NCBI GenBank assembly: GCA_019828565.1
Contig: JAHDYR010000005.1
Span: forward strand, 1,377,937-1,441,936
DNA length: 64,000 bases
Direction of reading: 5' to 3'
From: Carpediemonas membranifera BICM
Lineage: Eukaryota > Protista > Fornicata
Below are positions 1 to 11,712 of this stretch, one piece after another. The position numbers and the translations under genes were made by a program. Every line of letters starts with the position of its first letter. Positions within the stretch are counted from its first letter, which is position 1. Under the pieces are notes generated by a model. The model was not told the origin of the DNA and ran no database searches. It worked only from the letters and a program-made list of their open reading frames with translations.

Positions 1-383
1 CCTCTTGGAGTTCTTGAAGGCTGTGACAGCGGCCGACTCAAACGCCTTCATCTCCTTCTCCGTGAAGGTTGCCTCGATGTTCTCGTTCGAGGTCTTATCC
101 TGCACCTGCTGAGACAGCAATGCCTCGAGTTCTGCCTTCTTCTCGCCCTGAATCTCGAAATATGAGCACAGGTGGTTGAAGTTGATCCCTATATAAACAT
201 TTGCACCAATTACGTACCGTTCTTGACGACTATATCGAAGATATCGTTCTCGTCGAGCAATTTGTCCCGAAGAACGGCACTCTTCGCCTTGTTTGTCTTC
301 TTCTCCTTGAATTCGGTGATAACGGCCTCAATCACATCATCTGAGGTGCTCTCGATCCACTCGTGAAGGAATTCGAACGTCAT
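1..383 (-). CDS. 5' part of unknown charged/coiled-coil protein (copy of gene at 34354-36112), runs off window
   Basis: MTFEFLHEWIES... identical to copy at 34354. Confidence 0.5.
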
Positions 384-1041
384 TCTTCTCTTCGTTATAT
401 CCCAATAATGGACATATAACAGAGATGAGAAAATTGCCAGTAACCGTAGGCAACGGGGTGTCGGAAACGTTATACCATACAAACGGGGGATATAATCGCT
501 CCGAAAACACCCATTATGTGGACTGAATGGCGATATAACGTATGAGGAGTGATCCGGCGAGCTTTCGGGCGGTGCAGGCTAAGACACACCAAGTCTGTGG
601 TGCTATAACGTACCTCGGGACGCACTGTGGAGGCCCCTAGAGTACTCGGTCATGGCATGTCAGACCAAGGGTCCCTCAAATCTGGCCCCATTCAGGATGC
701 TCCCCCTAAATGTTCCGTTGCAAGCGTCTGACGGGCGTTCTCTGGATACCGACCAAGATGGAGGTCACGTGGATCAACGGACGAGTATTGCGGTATTCTG
801 GCCATGCCTGGTACTCTCAAATCATCTATACTGCTCTGTGGTTCATTTATAGTTCATATCGTATGGTCCTGGTGGACTTATAGTTGTTGATGTTGTTTAG
901 GGATAATTGTTGCTTTAATGATGCTCTGCGCCCGCATACTGATGTTTCTTAGTGTTGTACACATGCCTACTACGTTAAAGCCGCCAGTATTCTTTCTATT
1001 CTTAAGTTCGCCATTTCAGTCTCGTTGCGAGCATAAAGTGC
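1..1041 (-). repeat. Near-identical inverted copy of 33696-34736 (cargo module shared with the large TIR element)
   Basis: Reverse complement matches 33696-34736 (position sums 34737); identical ORF translations 210-482(-) and 34255-34527(+); similarity stops at AAAGTGC 1041. Confidence 0.95.
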
Positions 1042-1157
1042 ACATTGTGAAAGGAAAGTGGGTGGTTATCTAATGGATACAGGGCAGGAAAAGGTACACG
1101 AATGCCGTCCTGAGGTTTGGCATGGGATACTGATCTCATACGTCAAAAATGGGCGGT

Positions 1158-1492
1158 GGTATTCGAATTTCAGAATTTCGACATGTCCGAATTCCGAGGC
1201 AAGCGGGTAGGGTTTACAAAACCTGGCCTGGGTCCCTACTGGAGCTAATAGATAACAGTATCACCGTGTATTCGGTTTTCAGAAATATAACTTGTGTTGG
1301 TATTGCAATTTCAGAATTACTTCCAGTACCGGAGATTGTCTTAGAATTTGGATGTTCATGACTACTTTAAAATTTTAAAAAGTTCCCATGAACCCACTCC
1401 AGCTCAGGATTGCGGATCTGAGCCAAGTTTAGGTCGAATCCAAGTATTTGATAATTTTGTATGTACGAAATTCTGAAATTGCAATACCAACA
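1158..1492. promoter_or_regulatory. Three related ~24-bp sites (two forward, one inverted) upstream of the recombinase-like gene
   Basis: GGTATTCGAATTTCAGAATTTCG 1158-1180; TGTTGGTATTGCAATTTCAGAATT 1295-1318; its exact reverse complement at 1469-1492. Confidence 0.7.
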
Positions 1493-2867
1493 GAAAACTC
1501 GTGTTATGGAGGTTCTAGCTGCAAATAACGACGATATTGTTAAGCGCTGGTCTGATAGAGTTTCAGTGAAGACGCGTAGTGTGTACAAGAAGCACCTGGA
1601 GGACGTTTTGGCCAGCATTTGCCAGGAAACAGGCGCTGAAATGCAGAAGGGCATCGAGATTGTCCGAAGCGACAACGTTACGACTTATTTGGCGCATTAT
1701 TTCGCTACAAAGACGCCTGCTATGGCTAAGAGGATCGTTTCGGCTGTTCAGTCTTTCCGGAACTTCGACTTGCCACACCCCGCGAAGCCGTTGTCCTGGA
1801 AAGAGGAGGAAGAGGTGTCGTCTGCATCAGTTGAGAGTCTCCCCAGCCCGTATGGCGCCATTGCCATTCTGCTCAACCAGACGGGCTGGGAGTATTCGTA
1901 TCTCCAAGGTAATCTCCCCGATGCGATAGACCTTACCTCGTGCCCGAGCTGGATGGGCTTTGGCACGCTCAAATCGGGATTCCCGCAGGCCAGTGCTGTA
2001 TCGGAGGCGCTCAAGGTTCAGGGGTTGACGGTTCGCATGCTTCGCTTGTCGCAGCGGATCGACGTGTCCACCGATAGGATGCAGTCTATCGGCACGCTAG
2101 AGCGCCGCGGCAGACCGCAGGAGAAGCCTCAGAAGGTCATTAAGGACAAGCGCATCAGCCTGACCGATGAGCAGTTCAGGCACCAGTTGGCGTCCAGTCA
2201 CTTAACGACCACGCGGCGCCCAACGATCCTCGATCTCAACCCGGAGATCCGAAGCTCTGCCGACCTGGTGCCGCCGACGCTCGATAACTGGCTTTACAAC
2301 AAGCTCAGGATGAGGATGGTCCAGCTCCACGACCAGCGTAAGCCCGAGGGGGGCGACACGGGGGAGGGTGAGTCTGACGATGAGGCGCTGTTTGACGAGA
2401 CAGCTGGCGAGGCAGAGATGCCGGAGACCGCAGTGGAGGGCGAGTTTGACGAGACAGCCGGGTTGGAGATGCTGGAAGGAGAGTGGGAGGATGAGGAGAG
2501 TTCAGACAGCGATGCCGAGGATAGCCTCGTCGATAACCTGTCATTTGTTCTGTCACAACAGGTTGAGTGTGATATGTCTGAGAGAGATACCGATGAGGGT
2601 GTCCTGAGCGGGGCCAATGGAAGTGGGCTCGCTCCGCTCTATGACGCTATGAAGACCAGGGAGCCCAGCAGACGCATTCGCCTTCGCCGCTATCACGAGA
2701 GCGAGTCAGACTTGGGCAGCAGCAGCGACAGCGAGGAGGGGATGCCGAAGCTGCCCATTGAGGCCTTTGAGCACATCCGTGATGCCGGGATGACAACTGT
2801 GAGGCTGACGAGGGCCGAGTATGACGACCTGATGGAGAAGAGAGAGCAGGAAAAGCATCAGAAGTAA
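1461..2867 (+). CDS. Degenerate tyrosine-recombinase-fold protein with long acidic C-terminal tail (start may be 1506)
   Basis: Core-binding-like motifs SVKTRSVYKKHLEDVL and AKRIVSAVQSFRNF; box-I-like AILLNQTGWEYSYL (Arg absent); box-II-like GLTVRMLR; D/E-rich C-half. Confidence 0.55.
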   Translation: MYEILKLQYQQKTRVMEVLAANNDDIVKRWSDRVSVKTRSVYKKHLEDVLASICQETGAEMQKGIEIVRSDNVTTYLAHYFATKTPAMAKRIVSAVQSFRNFDLPHPAKPLSWKEEEEVSSASVESLPSPYGAIAILLNQTGWEYSYLQGNLPDAIDLTSCPSWMGFGTLKSGFPQASAVSEALKVQGLTVRMLRLSQRIDVSTDRMQSIGTLERRGRPQEKPQKVIKDKRISLTDEQFRHQLASSHLTTTRRPTILDLNPEIRSSADLVPPTLDNWLYNKLRMRMVQLHDQRKPEGGDTGEGESDDEALFDETAGEAEMPETAVEGEFDETAGLEMLEGEWEDEESSDSDAEDSLVDNLSFVLSQQVECDMSERDTDEGVLSGANGSGLAPLYDAMKTREPSRRIRLRRYHESESDLGSSSDSEEGMPKLPIEAFEHIRDAGMTTVRLTRAEYDDLMEKREQEKHQK

Positions 2868-3083
2868 ATGAACGAAGTAAATAAGTCGTGGGAATGACTC
2901 AAACACTGACTAAGCCATCGACTTGGCGCAGCTGACCACAAATTGTTCTGATTTCATTTAGTGTGCACTTTAGGGGATAGTTTCATTGCAACGCCAAAAT
3001 GGCGAGTTCAGGTTGTAGCAATGATCTGATGCGCGGAATGTACTAGAAAACATTGCAATTACAACGCAAAGCAGCGAAAAGCG

Positions 3084-4130
3084 GAGAAATCAACATCAAT
3101 AACAACATCAACACCAAAAGAACAGTATCCCAAAGAGTTGTGGGCGTTGCTGCGCCAAAGAGCAATAAATGACCACAAAGCATTCGCTTATGCACAATTA
3201 GCTGCCAGAAAGAACACTACACCGTTACTTTGGATCATTCCAGTTCGCCGGAGATGACGCAGGTCCAGAACGCTGCCTTGGAGGGCTGGTGAAGCGGTAG
3301 TGTAGCGCTTACTCGCCAAGCGGGCGATGGTCTCGACGGGACGGTTGACGGTCTCAAGGTGGCCCTGCTCTTCGACGTACCAGGCGGACATGCCGATGAC
3401 GGAGCGGCGCTGACCCTGGCGGACGTTATCCTCGCCCTGGGTGAAGCTGTTCTTGCCGCAGTACACGTCGATACCGATGGTGAGGCAGGGCTGTTGCATG
3501 GAGGCCGAGAAACCATAAACTGCACGGATCCACAAACGTGGATTGGCCTGAACGACAGCGCTGATGCCCAGACAGGCATACCGTCGGTTGTCCATAGCAC
3601 GTAGCAGTCAACTACCTGCCAATTGTATCAGTCTCCAGCCATAAGTTCAAAGCATGGCCACCTATACGGCAGCCAGAGCCGATCCACATTTGTGGATTCA
3701 GCTAAACCGGGCATGCCACAACACTGCATCTAGTCCCAATACACGCGTGTATATACGCTAGAGAGGGCCGCATTTGGCCTTAGGAAACGGCTATGGGGTA
3801 CAGCTTTTTAATCCTTAAAGTGCGTTGCATCGATGCAACAAGCAACTACCTCAAACGTGCGAGCTACCATCGATTTCTTGGCACCAACACGACACATTGA
3901 AGTAAGATAACTACGCGGTCAGCTATGAGCACACTAAACAACATCACTGTGCCAAAATACATCTTTGGACATCAGGCATGCCACAGAACATGTAAGCAAC
4001 ATCAAACCCGCCTAATTCCAGCTCATTTAGTCAATAAACACATCAACACATTCCAATATCTCCTCATGATGCGCCAGATGGCAAGTGACTCTGGCCTGCT
4101 CCTCCGGTGAATGACAATGCAGAAGTCTGG
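3084..4130 (+). repeat. ~1.05-kb direct repeat, copy 1
   Basis: Near-identical to 4982-6027; duplicated ORF translations (3188-3595 vs 5086-5493). Confidence 0.95.
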
Positions 4131-4981
4131 CTGTGGACTTGAGTCAGTCGGACGTGCCGGCCTGCATGCTTCCTTGCGTTGTATGTAGATGTGGTCTGTT
4201 AGCCTGTTGCTCGGGTGGTTAACAAGGGTGAGTGAATAAAAGTGTGTTGAGGAAGTACGATCACGTGCTCTTACCTCCCCCAACATTACCCTTCAGGACG
4301 TCGCATCCTTTGCCTACAACGCCTCCCATCTTTATTCAGCTGGGCCAGCCCCATCAGATTGATGACCCGCCACCCATGGCCATGATGGTCGGCAAGACCC
4401 TGCCCCACACTACCGTGAGTTCCCTCTCTACCGCGGCCTCAAGTTCATCTAGAGAGTCTCCCGGCCACCAGTGACACCAGCCAACCATCGAGCATGTTAA
4501 GAACAAGCTCGAGTCGCCGCTGAACTGAGCGCTAGAACCAATGAGTAGCGCTAGTTCTCATCGGCCATCAAAGATGGGGGACATACCATCCTTGCTCCAA
4601 TGCGCCTACACCAGGCATTTTGGCGAGGAGATGCCTCGTCCATAACGCAGAGAGCACTACTGCATCATGAGCGCCTTCTCTCGAATCCCTCCTCGCCACG
4701 CTCTCCAAGATCCCCGCTTGAACCAACCGCACAAGTCCTCTAGATCACGCCCGCTCGATCCTCGCAGACGGACCCCGCTGTCCATGAACGTCGAGCTCGC
4801 CTGGCGATGAGCTCCCGACATGCACACACTGAACCAGGGCGCGGTGTGGGCGTGTCTGGTGGTGGCGGGGCCAACCGACCTCGAGGACAAGTGTCTCTGG
4901 TTCCTCTGCCGCAAGTTCTTTCACGCTGAACGTCGCAGAGAAGAACGGCGAGAGCTACATCAGTAAGCACTTTAGACTTTA

Positions 4982-6027
4982 GAGAAATCAACATCAATAA
5001 CAACATCAACACCAAAAGAACAGTATCCCAAAGAGTTGTGGGCGTTGCTGCGCCAAAGAGCAATAAATGACCACAAAGCATTCGCTTATGCACAATTAGC
5101 TGCCAGAAAGAACACTACACCGTTACTTTGGATCATTCCAGTTCGCCGGAGATGACGCAGGTCCAGAACGCTGCCTTGGAGGGCTGGTGAAGCGGTAGTG
5201 TAGCGCTTACTCGCCAAGCGGGCGATGGTCTCGACGGGACGGTTGACGGTCTCAAGGTGGCCCTGCTCTTCGACGTACCAGGCGGACATACCGATGACGG
5301 AGCGGCGCTGACCCTGGCGGACGTTATCCTCGCCCTGGGTGAAGCTGTTCTTGCCGCAGTACGCGTCGATACCGATGGTGAGGTAGGGCTGTTGCATGGA
5401 GGCCGAGAAACCATAAACTGCACGGATCCACAAACGTGGATTGGCCTGAACGACAGCGCTGATGCCCAGACAGGCATACCGTCGGTTGTCCATAGCACGT
5501 AGCAGTCAACTACCTGCCAATTGTATCAGTCTCCAGCCATAAGTTCAAAGCATGGCCACCTATACGGCAGCCAGAGCCGATCCACATTTGTGGATTCAGC
5601 TAAACCGGGCATGCCACAACACTGCATCTAGTCCCAATACACGCGTGTATATACGCTAGAGAGGGCCGCATTTGGCCTTAGGAAACGGCTATGGGGTACA
5701 GCTTTTAATCCTTAAAGTGCGTTGCATCGATGCAACAAGCAACTACCTCAAACGTGTGAGCTACCATCGATTTCTTGGCACCAAAACGACACATTGAAGT
5801 CAGATAACTACGCGGTCAGCTATGAGCACACTAAACAACATCACTGTGCCAAAATACATCTTTGGACATCAGGCATGCCACAGAACATGTAAGCAACATC
5901 AAACCCGCCTAATTCCAGCTCATTTAGTCAATAAACACATCAACACATTCCAATATCTCCTCATGATGCGCCAGATGGCAAGTGACTCTGGCCTGCTCCT
6001 CCGGTGAATGACAATGCAGTAGTCTGG
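4982..6027 (+). repeat. ~1.05-kb direct repeat, copy 2
   Basis: Near-identical to 3084-4130. Confidence 0.95.
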
Positions 6028-6092
6028 AAGGATGTTGAGAGAGCCCCAAAGGCCAGAGACTTGACAGAGCTCATGAATCTACTATGATGCTT

Positions 6093-6936
6093 TTACTCCA
6101 AGTATTCGAGAGCCAAACGACGGGCCTGATCAACATCGAAGATAGTGGAACCCCGAATCATCAGCTCAAATGCTGCAACATCAAGGGGATAATGACGATG
6201 CTCTCCTTCCCAATACGAAGGCGCGTATGCCATAGAAAGGAACTCGTAAGGCCGTGTGTTCCTGATGCATAGAAGGGCAAGAAGAGGAAGCGGCACCGTG
6301 TCATCATCGACCTGAACCTGCACCTTAATGCAGCGGACTTGTACATTTGTCACGATTGGTTATCGTTCACCATGTGAATTCCGTGCTTGGTAGGGTCGCC
6401 ACGAACCATGAACTCACTGGAGCCAAGGGGAAGCTCAAAGTCATGCTGCCCAATCTGAAGTTCAGGGTAATAGCACAGACTTTTCCCGCGTATATACCGA
6501 CGAAGTCGTTGACATTCATCGCATGTGGGGATACAACCCCGAGGCCGCATGCATCACCACAGATCGAATGCTGCTCAGTAAGAACAAGCCTCTTGCTGAC
6601 ACTGACACCAATTTCATTCAGTTTCAGTCCAGAATAGTCATAAGACAGCTTAGACGTGTTCATAGACAGAAATCTGTTCCTGTCTGCTTCATTCAGCTCT
6701 GAAAGGTTCATGAACTGATTGTAAACATCCAGCGACCAATAGCGATCACTCTCAACCTTTGAACTCACGTCTGGTATGGTATAATCAATTGGCATGCTCA
6801 CGACCAAACTGTGTAAACTGCACGTACAATGAGCAATCATCAGAAACAATTGTTTGAGCATTACTACAAGCTGTGGTGCATGTTGAATGTAGACAGGATC
6901 AAAGCTTTCAACCAAGGAATGGAAAGAGTCCGTCAA
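6093..6936 (-). pseudogene. SET-domain (lysine methyltransferase-like) gene in three frames
   Basis: SET motifs in order across ORFs 6367-6936, 6350-6550, 6093-6353: CGLGVVS...DFVGIYAG; HDFEL...GIHMVND; LLCIRNTRPYEFLSMAYAPSYW (cf. RDI..GEEL..DYG..YW). Confidence 0.6.
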
Positions 6937-7607
6937 AATTGCGCGGAAGCGTTTGCTTCATATTGGCTCACCACTGATCAAGCTAGAACGGTCTTTTCGC
7001 AAAAACTGATGAGCTTCGGGAATCATGGAGTGATGGCATTGTGCACTCGACATTTTCAGACATTAGCGATGATGCCATCGATTCTTCAACATCAAAGATT
7101 TCCCGTCAGCTCCAGCTGCTACGCTGGAAGAAGGTTGGCCTACGAGTCGGAAAGAAAGACTTGGCAACCTATATCCATGCTTCCTTCGACTTCGAGGCTT
7201 CCCTCTTCGATCGATGGTGTGCCTATGTTTTGGCGACATTCTCGAATGAGTTTAGCATATGGTTCAAGGCTCTGAGTGAAGATCGCATTAGTGACTCCGA
7301 GTTCCACAAATACATCCTCTTTCGCATGAACAACAATTCGGAGAATGAGAGTGTTCCTCCGCACTGCACTCTTATCTTTAAATTTGACTGATTCTTCTTT
7401 ACTCCAACTGTGCTCGCTTCCCATCATCATCGCCTGACTCCGTCACGTTGCCTTTCCGCAAACGGGCGATGGTCTGATCAAGGTTCGGCAAGGGTCTTTG
7501 GGTCTCGTTGTTGACATGCGACGGCAAGCCCACTCTGAGGTCTCGCATGAGCCCCCGCACAGTATCAAATCTGCGGCATAAACTTACAATATGTCATTCA
7601 TTGACCT

Positions 7608-8736
7608 TTATTGATTCGAATCACTGTTATCCTCGGCATCAGCTGTATCAAAATGCTTCATCATGTCACGGAAGTGCGAGAGATCGAATACCTCCCCTTC
7701 CTGATGCAGTGACTTATAGCAAGAAATGCAGATAGGGCCTCTCTCAGAGGGACGACCCATAAGGTCGGGGCCAGACTCAAACTTATTAAAGGCGATGTGG
7801 TCCTTGCAGAAGTATGCATGGCAGTACATGCACATGAAAGAGTTGACACCGTTCGCGGAGATATCAGTCTCACAGCCTCCCTTCATGCATATAGTCTGCT
7901 TCTCAGCGTTTGAACAGAGCTCACAGACGGTGAACGTCTTGTCATTGTTGTTCTTGTCCTTGCGAGTGACCGTCGAAAGCTATCATCCTCACAGATTCTG
8001 TGGACGAACCTGTGGCAGAAGTCGCACTCTAAGACAGTTTCGTCTGTTCTACCGTCAACGAAGAAGAGGCCACGTAAGTCTGCGCAGTAAGGGCAACACT
8101 TGCGGAGGCTGTTCTTCCACATCTTGGCAGTGGTGCCCATAAAGTATTCCGCGTCGGAAGCGCCTGGCTTCGTGTTCCTAAACTGCTCAGTCATGTGGTT
8201 CACGGCCTCAATCATCTCAGCGACGTTGGCACCGTTGACTGACGAAGCTTGCATTGCACGCGTGGAGTCAACGGACATAGTGGGCTGCTCAGCGGTCTGA
8301 ACAGTGGGGTGGGGGTGGGGACGGCAGGATTGCGGCGCGGCTGGCACACCCGGAAGGCTCTTTGGGAGCTGTCGAGCTTGGAATTTCGCAAATGATCAGT
8401 TTCAGCGTCAGTGAGAGTTACAAGCTGGCTGAGTCCGGCTATCAATGCGGCACGCCCTGTATCTGTCGCGTGAATTCCTTGGTAGATGCCCTTCGTGTTA
8501 GGAGAGAGTTTGCGGCCAGCAAGGTTCTCGATAGCCTTGGGTACTGACCTCATGAAGTCCTGCTTACGCGGCATGCGCTCTAGAACAGTTTTTGGGAGGA
8601 TTGCAAGGATTGCATCCGCGATGGAGCGACAATCGCATTTCGTGCTTCTCTCTTCCCAACGATAGCATGTTGCGATGATTGTGTGCACAATATCACGCAC
8701 AGTATCTCTTGAAAGCCGCTCCTGGTCTTCTACCAT
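7608..8736 (-). pseudogene. PHD/zinc-finger protein gene in three frames
   Basis: CPYC...LECDFCHRFVHRIC...(frameshift) VCELC fits C4HC3; second Cys/His cluster CMKGGC...CMYCHAYFCKDH...CISC. ORFs 8212-8736, 7883-8347 and 7608-7886 overlap collinearly. Confidence 0.6.
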
Positions 8737-9081
8737 ACTGCCCCACTTTTGTGGGGGTGTAAAAACTGAGTGCAGTTTTAAGTTGGAAATGGAATCCTAC
8801 AGGTATAGAGACTATTACGAAGAGATAGGAACCGTTATAGCTGCAATTGATGCAATATTAGCACATCCAGAACTGTGGGCGGTAGCAGAGCGTGTTGGAA
8901 TGGATAGATTAGCAAGAGCGAAGGACTTACTCAATATAGAGCAAGAAAGGGCCAAATGCGGGATTCCGCCATCAAGTTCAGAAGAGTACAGTGATTCACA
9001 GTAAACCGTAGCGATCTATTGAGTTATATTCAGTTCTGGCCATGTTCGGCTTTTCCGGAATGTCAAAATTTGACACGTCCA

Positions 9082-9194
9082 TTTCTCAAATTGCTGATTG
9101 CCAACGCTAGACCAGACATGCCAGGCTGTAGTACACGTGCTATACTACAACGTGGTGGTTCTGGTTTGCCGTTGGCAATCAGCAATTTCGAGAA
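9082..9194. repeat. Long imperfect hairpin
   Basis: AAATTGCTGATTGCCAACG 9088-9106 pairs with CGTTGGCAATCAGCAATTT 9170-9188; inner ACCAGA/TCTGGT and TGTAGTA/TACTACA. Confidence 0.85.
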
Positions 9195-9513
9195 CAGACA
9201 AACTTCTTTTGCGATTTTTGCAACTTCTGGAGCATATATCATTTGGTACAGACCCAGCCACGCAATAAAAACGCATAGCGTGGCTTACCATGGTCGGAAC
9301 TATCTTAGAAAAGTTTGCGGTAAATATTGAGTAAATATTTGATATAGATCTCGAGATTTAATGTCCCTTAGGTAGCCCTTGGATGCAAACATCCGCCCAG
9401 TAAATTTCGCTGTACAGCTCTAGCCCAATACAAAAATATGAGGGCTCGAAGTTTTGGCCTTCTCAGAAAAAGGTGGCAGTATACTGCTACTTTTCTTTGC
9501 TTGAGTAGCTGTA

Positions 9514-10310
9514 TTACACCCCCTCCAGACAGCATGAGGGTCGAGTCCGACGCGTCATTCGAAGCAGCAGGGGCCAGCGTCTACAGACGAGGAGTCAGAT
9601 TCACCTGGTCAAGAATGTGGTCCGAGAGCGAACGGCGCCTGTCGATCAACGCGCTCGAATCGTTAGCAGCGATGGACGCGGCCACAGGGGTGCTGAGCAA
9701 CGACGGGCCGTCCGTGATACTACTGACAACAGACAACATGTCGGCCCGCAAGTGGATCGCGAAGTCGGGCACAAGGGCACCGAAGCCGGTCAGGGCCAGG
9801 GTCAGGGAATTCGCAGACTGGCTCGACGAGCGGGGACACAGGCTAATCGTCCGATACACTCCGGGACCTCTCAATTGGCAGGCCGACAGAGCTTCGAGAC
9901 CGGTCAGCTTCGCGCTCGAACATGCCGTCCCGACAGCCATCCTCCTCGAGGCGACGCGGCGCTGGGGGAGCCTGGACTTAGACCTCACAGACAGACGGAC
10001 GGAAGCGCTCACAACCAGGTGGGAAGGCCACCGTGTGCTGCTGTGCCCGGCTTACCGCATGCTCGGCGCGTACACTCAGAAGCTGGCACGACAAGCCAGG
10101 CGAGGAGAGTCCCGGGACCCAGCACTGCAGCTCAGCGGAGCGACGCTGATCACCGTGGACGTAGAGAACAACCATCAACGTACACTACGGAGGATATCGC
10201 AGAAGTCATTCACCATGAGGGTCAACAGAATGGACTGCCCCAGAGCCTGGCTCTCCCTTGCCGGCAACAGATCAAGAGTACAGGTGAAGGTTCACTGGAT
10301 CGCGCTCTGA
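9514..10310 (+). CDS. YR1 RNase H plus degenerate methyltransferase-like domain (5'-truncated)
   Basis: ESDAS, INALESLA, TDN, PGPLNWQADRASR; LLCPAYRML resembles the DIRS MT region. Confidence 0.85.
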
Positions 10311-10324
10311 GAGCCGCGGGGGTG

Positions 10325-11365
10325 ATGGTTACGAGGGCCCAAGCAGTGACCCAACCGACCAGGCGGAACAGAGGTCTCAAGCCGGACGCAACAGTCACAC
10401 ACAGAGTAGACAGTGCCCTTGAGCTCGTCAAGTTCTCTCAGAGCGTCCGCCGAGACATCGCCGTCGAAACCACAGGTTTCCTCTTGTACAAGCAGGGGAC
10501 ACGTGAGACACCTCTCCTCCCGGGCGAGCTCGACAGGCTATGGCAGATTATTAACATACATGGGGACCTACTATGGAACTATCTCCTCATAGAGGGGCAA
10601 CACTGCGCCGGGGACAGAGTGTCGACTAAGTTCACGCGAATATGTAAGGGCCTCGCGGCGATCGGCCAGCCAAGACAGGAGAAACCGGAAGACGCAGACA
10701 TTATCCGGGCCATTGCGAAGGCGGCCAGCCAGACAGACGGAGCGCTCGCAAGGGGACAGGGCAAGGCGATCCCCATCAGCTGGCAACACATCTCGGAGTG
10801 CCTAGAGTCATATGAAGAGTGCCAGAAGACCCCACATCTCACTCAGGCAATCGCGTTTGTCCTGATCACCTACTCAACAGTGTCGCGCATGGGTGAGGTG
10901 CTCGCATTGCGCAAAGGCGACATCCTCCGAGACAGAGACAACATTCTGATCAGATTCCAGAGAACAAAGACGAGGCAGAATATAATCAAGGCCCTCCCTA
11001 GGACGAAAGACCAGTACTGCCCGACGGCCTGGATCATTCGACATCTCGGCAATCTGCAAGGCCCGGCTGAGAGCCTCTGGAGGCGCACGCGAGCGGACGG
11101 GAAGGTGATGGAACTGACCAAAGAACCGCTGATGGAGGCCCAAGCGCGGAGATGGGAGATCCTTGAGGACATGAGAGAGATGCTCCACTTCGACATCTCT
11201 GGACACTCATTTCGGCGTGGAGCGGTGGTGGAGCTCGTGAGGAGGGGCACCCCGCTGACGATCATCCAGGCACTAGGTACTTGGAAGTCGGTCGACTCAG
11301 TGCTGGTGTACTGTGAAGAAGCTATTCGTCTGTCGCCGCAGATGACGGGACTGACCATGGGCTAA
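10325..11365 (+). CDS. YR1 tyrosine recombinase (open frame from 9617; probable ATG 10325)
   Basis: Catalytic set intact: SRMGE (R), TKT (K), GHSFRRG (HxxR), GTWKS (W), LVY (Y). Confidence 0.93.
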   Translation: MVTRAQAVTQPTRRNRGLKPDATVTHRVDSALELVKFSQSVRRDIAVETTGFLLYKQGTRETPLLPGELDRLWQIINIHGDLLWNYLLIEGQHCAGDRVSTKFTRICKGLAAIGQPRQEKPEDADIIRAIAKAASQTDGALARGQGKAIPISWQHISECLESYEECQKTPHLTQAIAFVLITYSTVSRMGEVLALRKGDILRDRDNILIRFQRTKTRQNIIKALPRTKDQYCPTAWIIRHLGNLQGPAESLWRRTRADGKVMELTKEPLMEAQARRWEILEDMREMLHFDISGHSFRRGAVVELVRRGTPLTIIQALGTWKSVDSVLVYCEEAIRLSPQMTGLTMG

Positions 11366-11401
11366 AGTGTGATTTGTTTTCGGTGGGCACGGAATGGGAT
11401 G

Positions 11402-11712
11402 AAACATCCTGTTGCCATTTATGACGTAGCCCGTTGTGATCGTGCAGGGCACGTGCAGGTACGGCGCGAAGCCAACCCTCTCGGACAAGCGTGGTCCGGG
11501 GCCAGTGACGGCAACCCCCTTGCTCTGGGCTGGGATTCCTGGGGTAAGCCGGCAGCGCTCAGGTGGGGTCCTGGAGCCTCACCCTGATCGTTTGGGTTTG
11601 GTCTCGAAATGTCCTGATTGGATCATTTCCAGAACCTCGAGAACGAGCCCGATGCCTAATAAACATCCTGTTGCCATTTATGACGTAGCCCGTTGTGATC
11701 GTGCAGGGCACG
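11402..11712 (+). repeat. Split direct repeats of YR1: identical 52-bp copies at 11402-11453 and 11661-11712
   Basis: AAACATCCTGTTGCC...GCAGGGCACG occurs twice after the YR stop codon. Confidence 0.9.

Larger units (their letters stand above)
9514..11712 (+). mobile_element. Tyrosine-recombinase retrotransposon YR1 (DIRS/PAT-like), 3' half
   Basis: RNase H plus MT-like ORF, then YR ORF, then split-direct-repeat end (B1-A2-B2 layout). Confidence 0.88.

Noticed and set aside
3084-6027. 1-kb direct repeats as LTRs
   Set aside because: No TG..CA ends, PPT, TSD or retroelement coding between them; treated as a local duplication.
9617-10324. N-terminal 236 codons of the 582-aa YR ORF
   Set aside because: Overlap with the RH frame is common in DIRS elements and shows no domain features; whether it is translated is unresolved.
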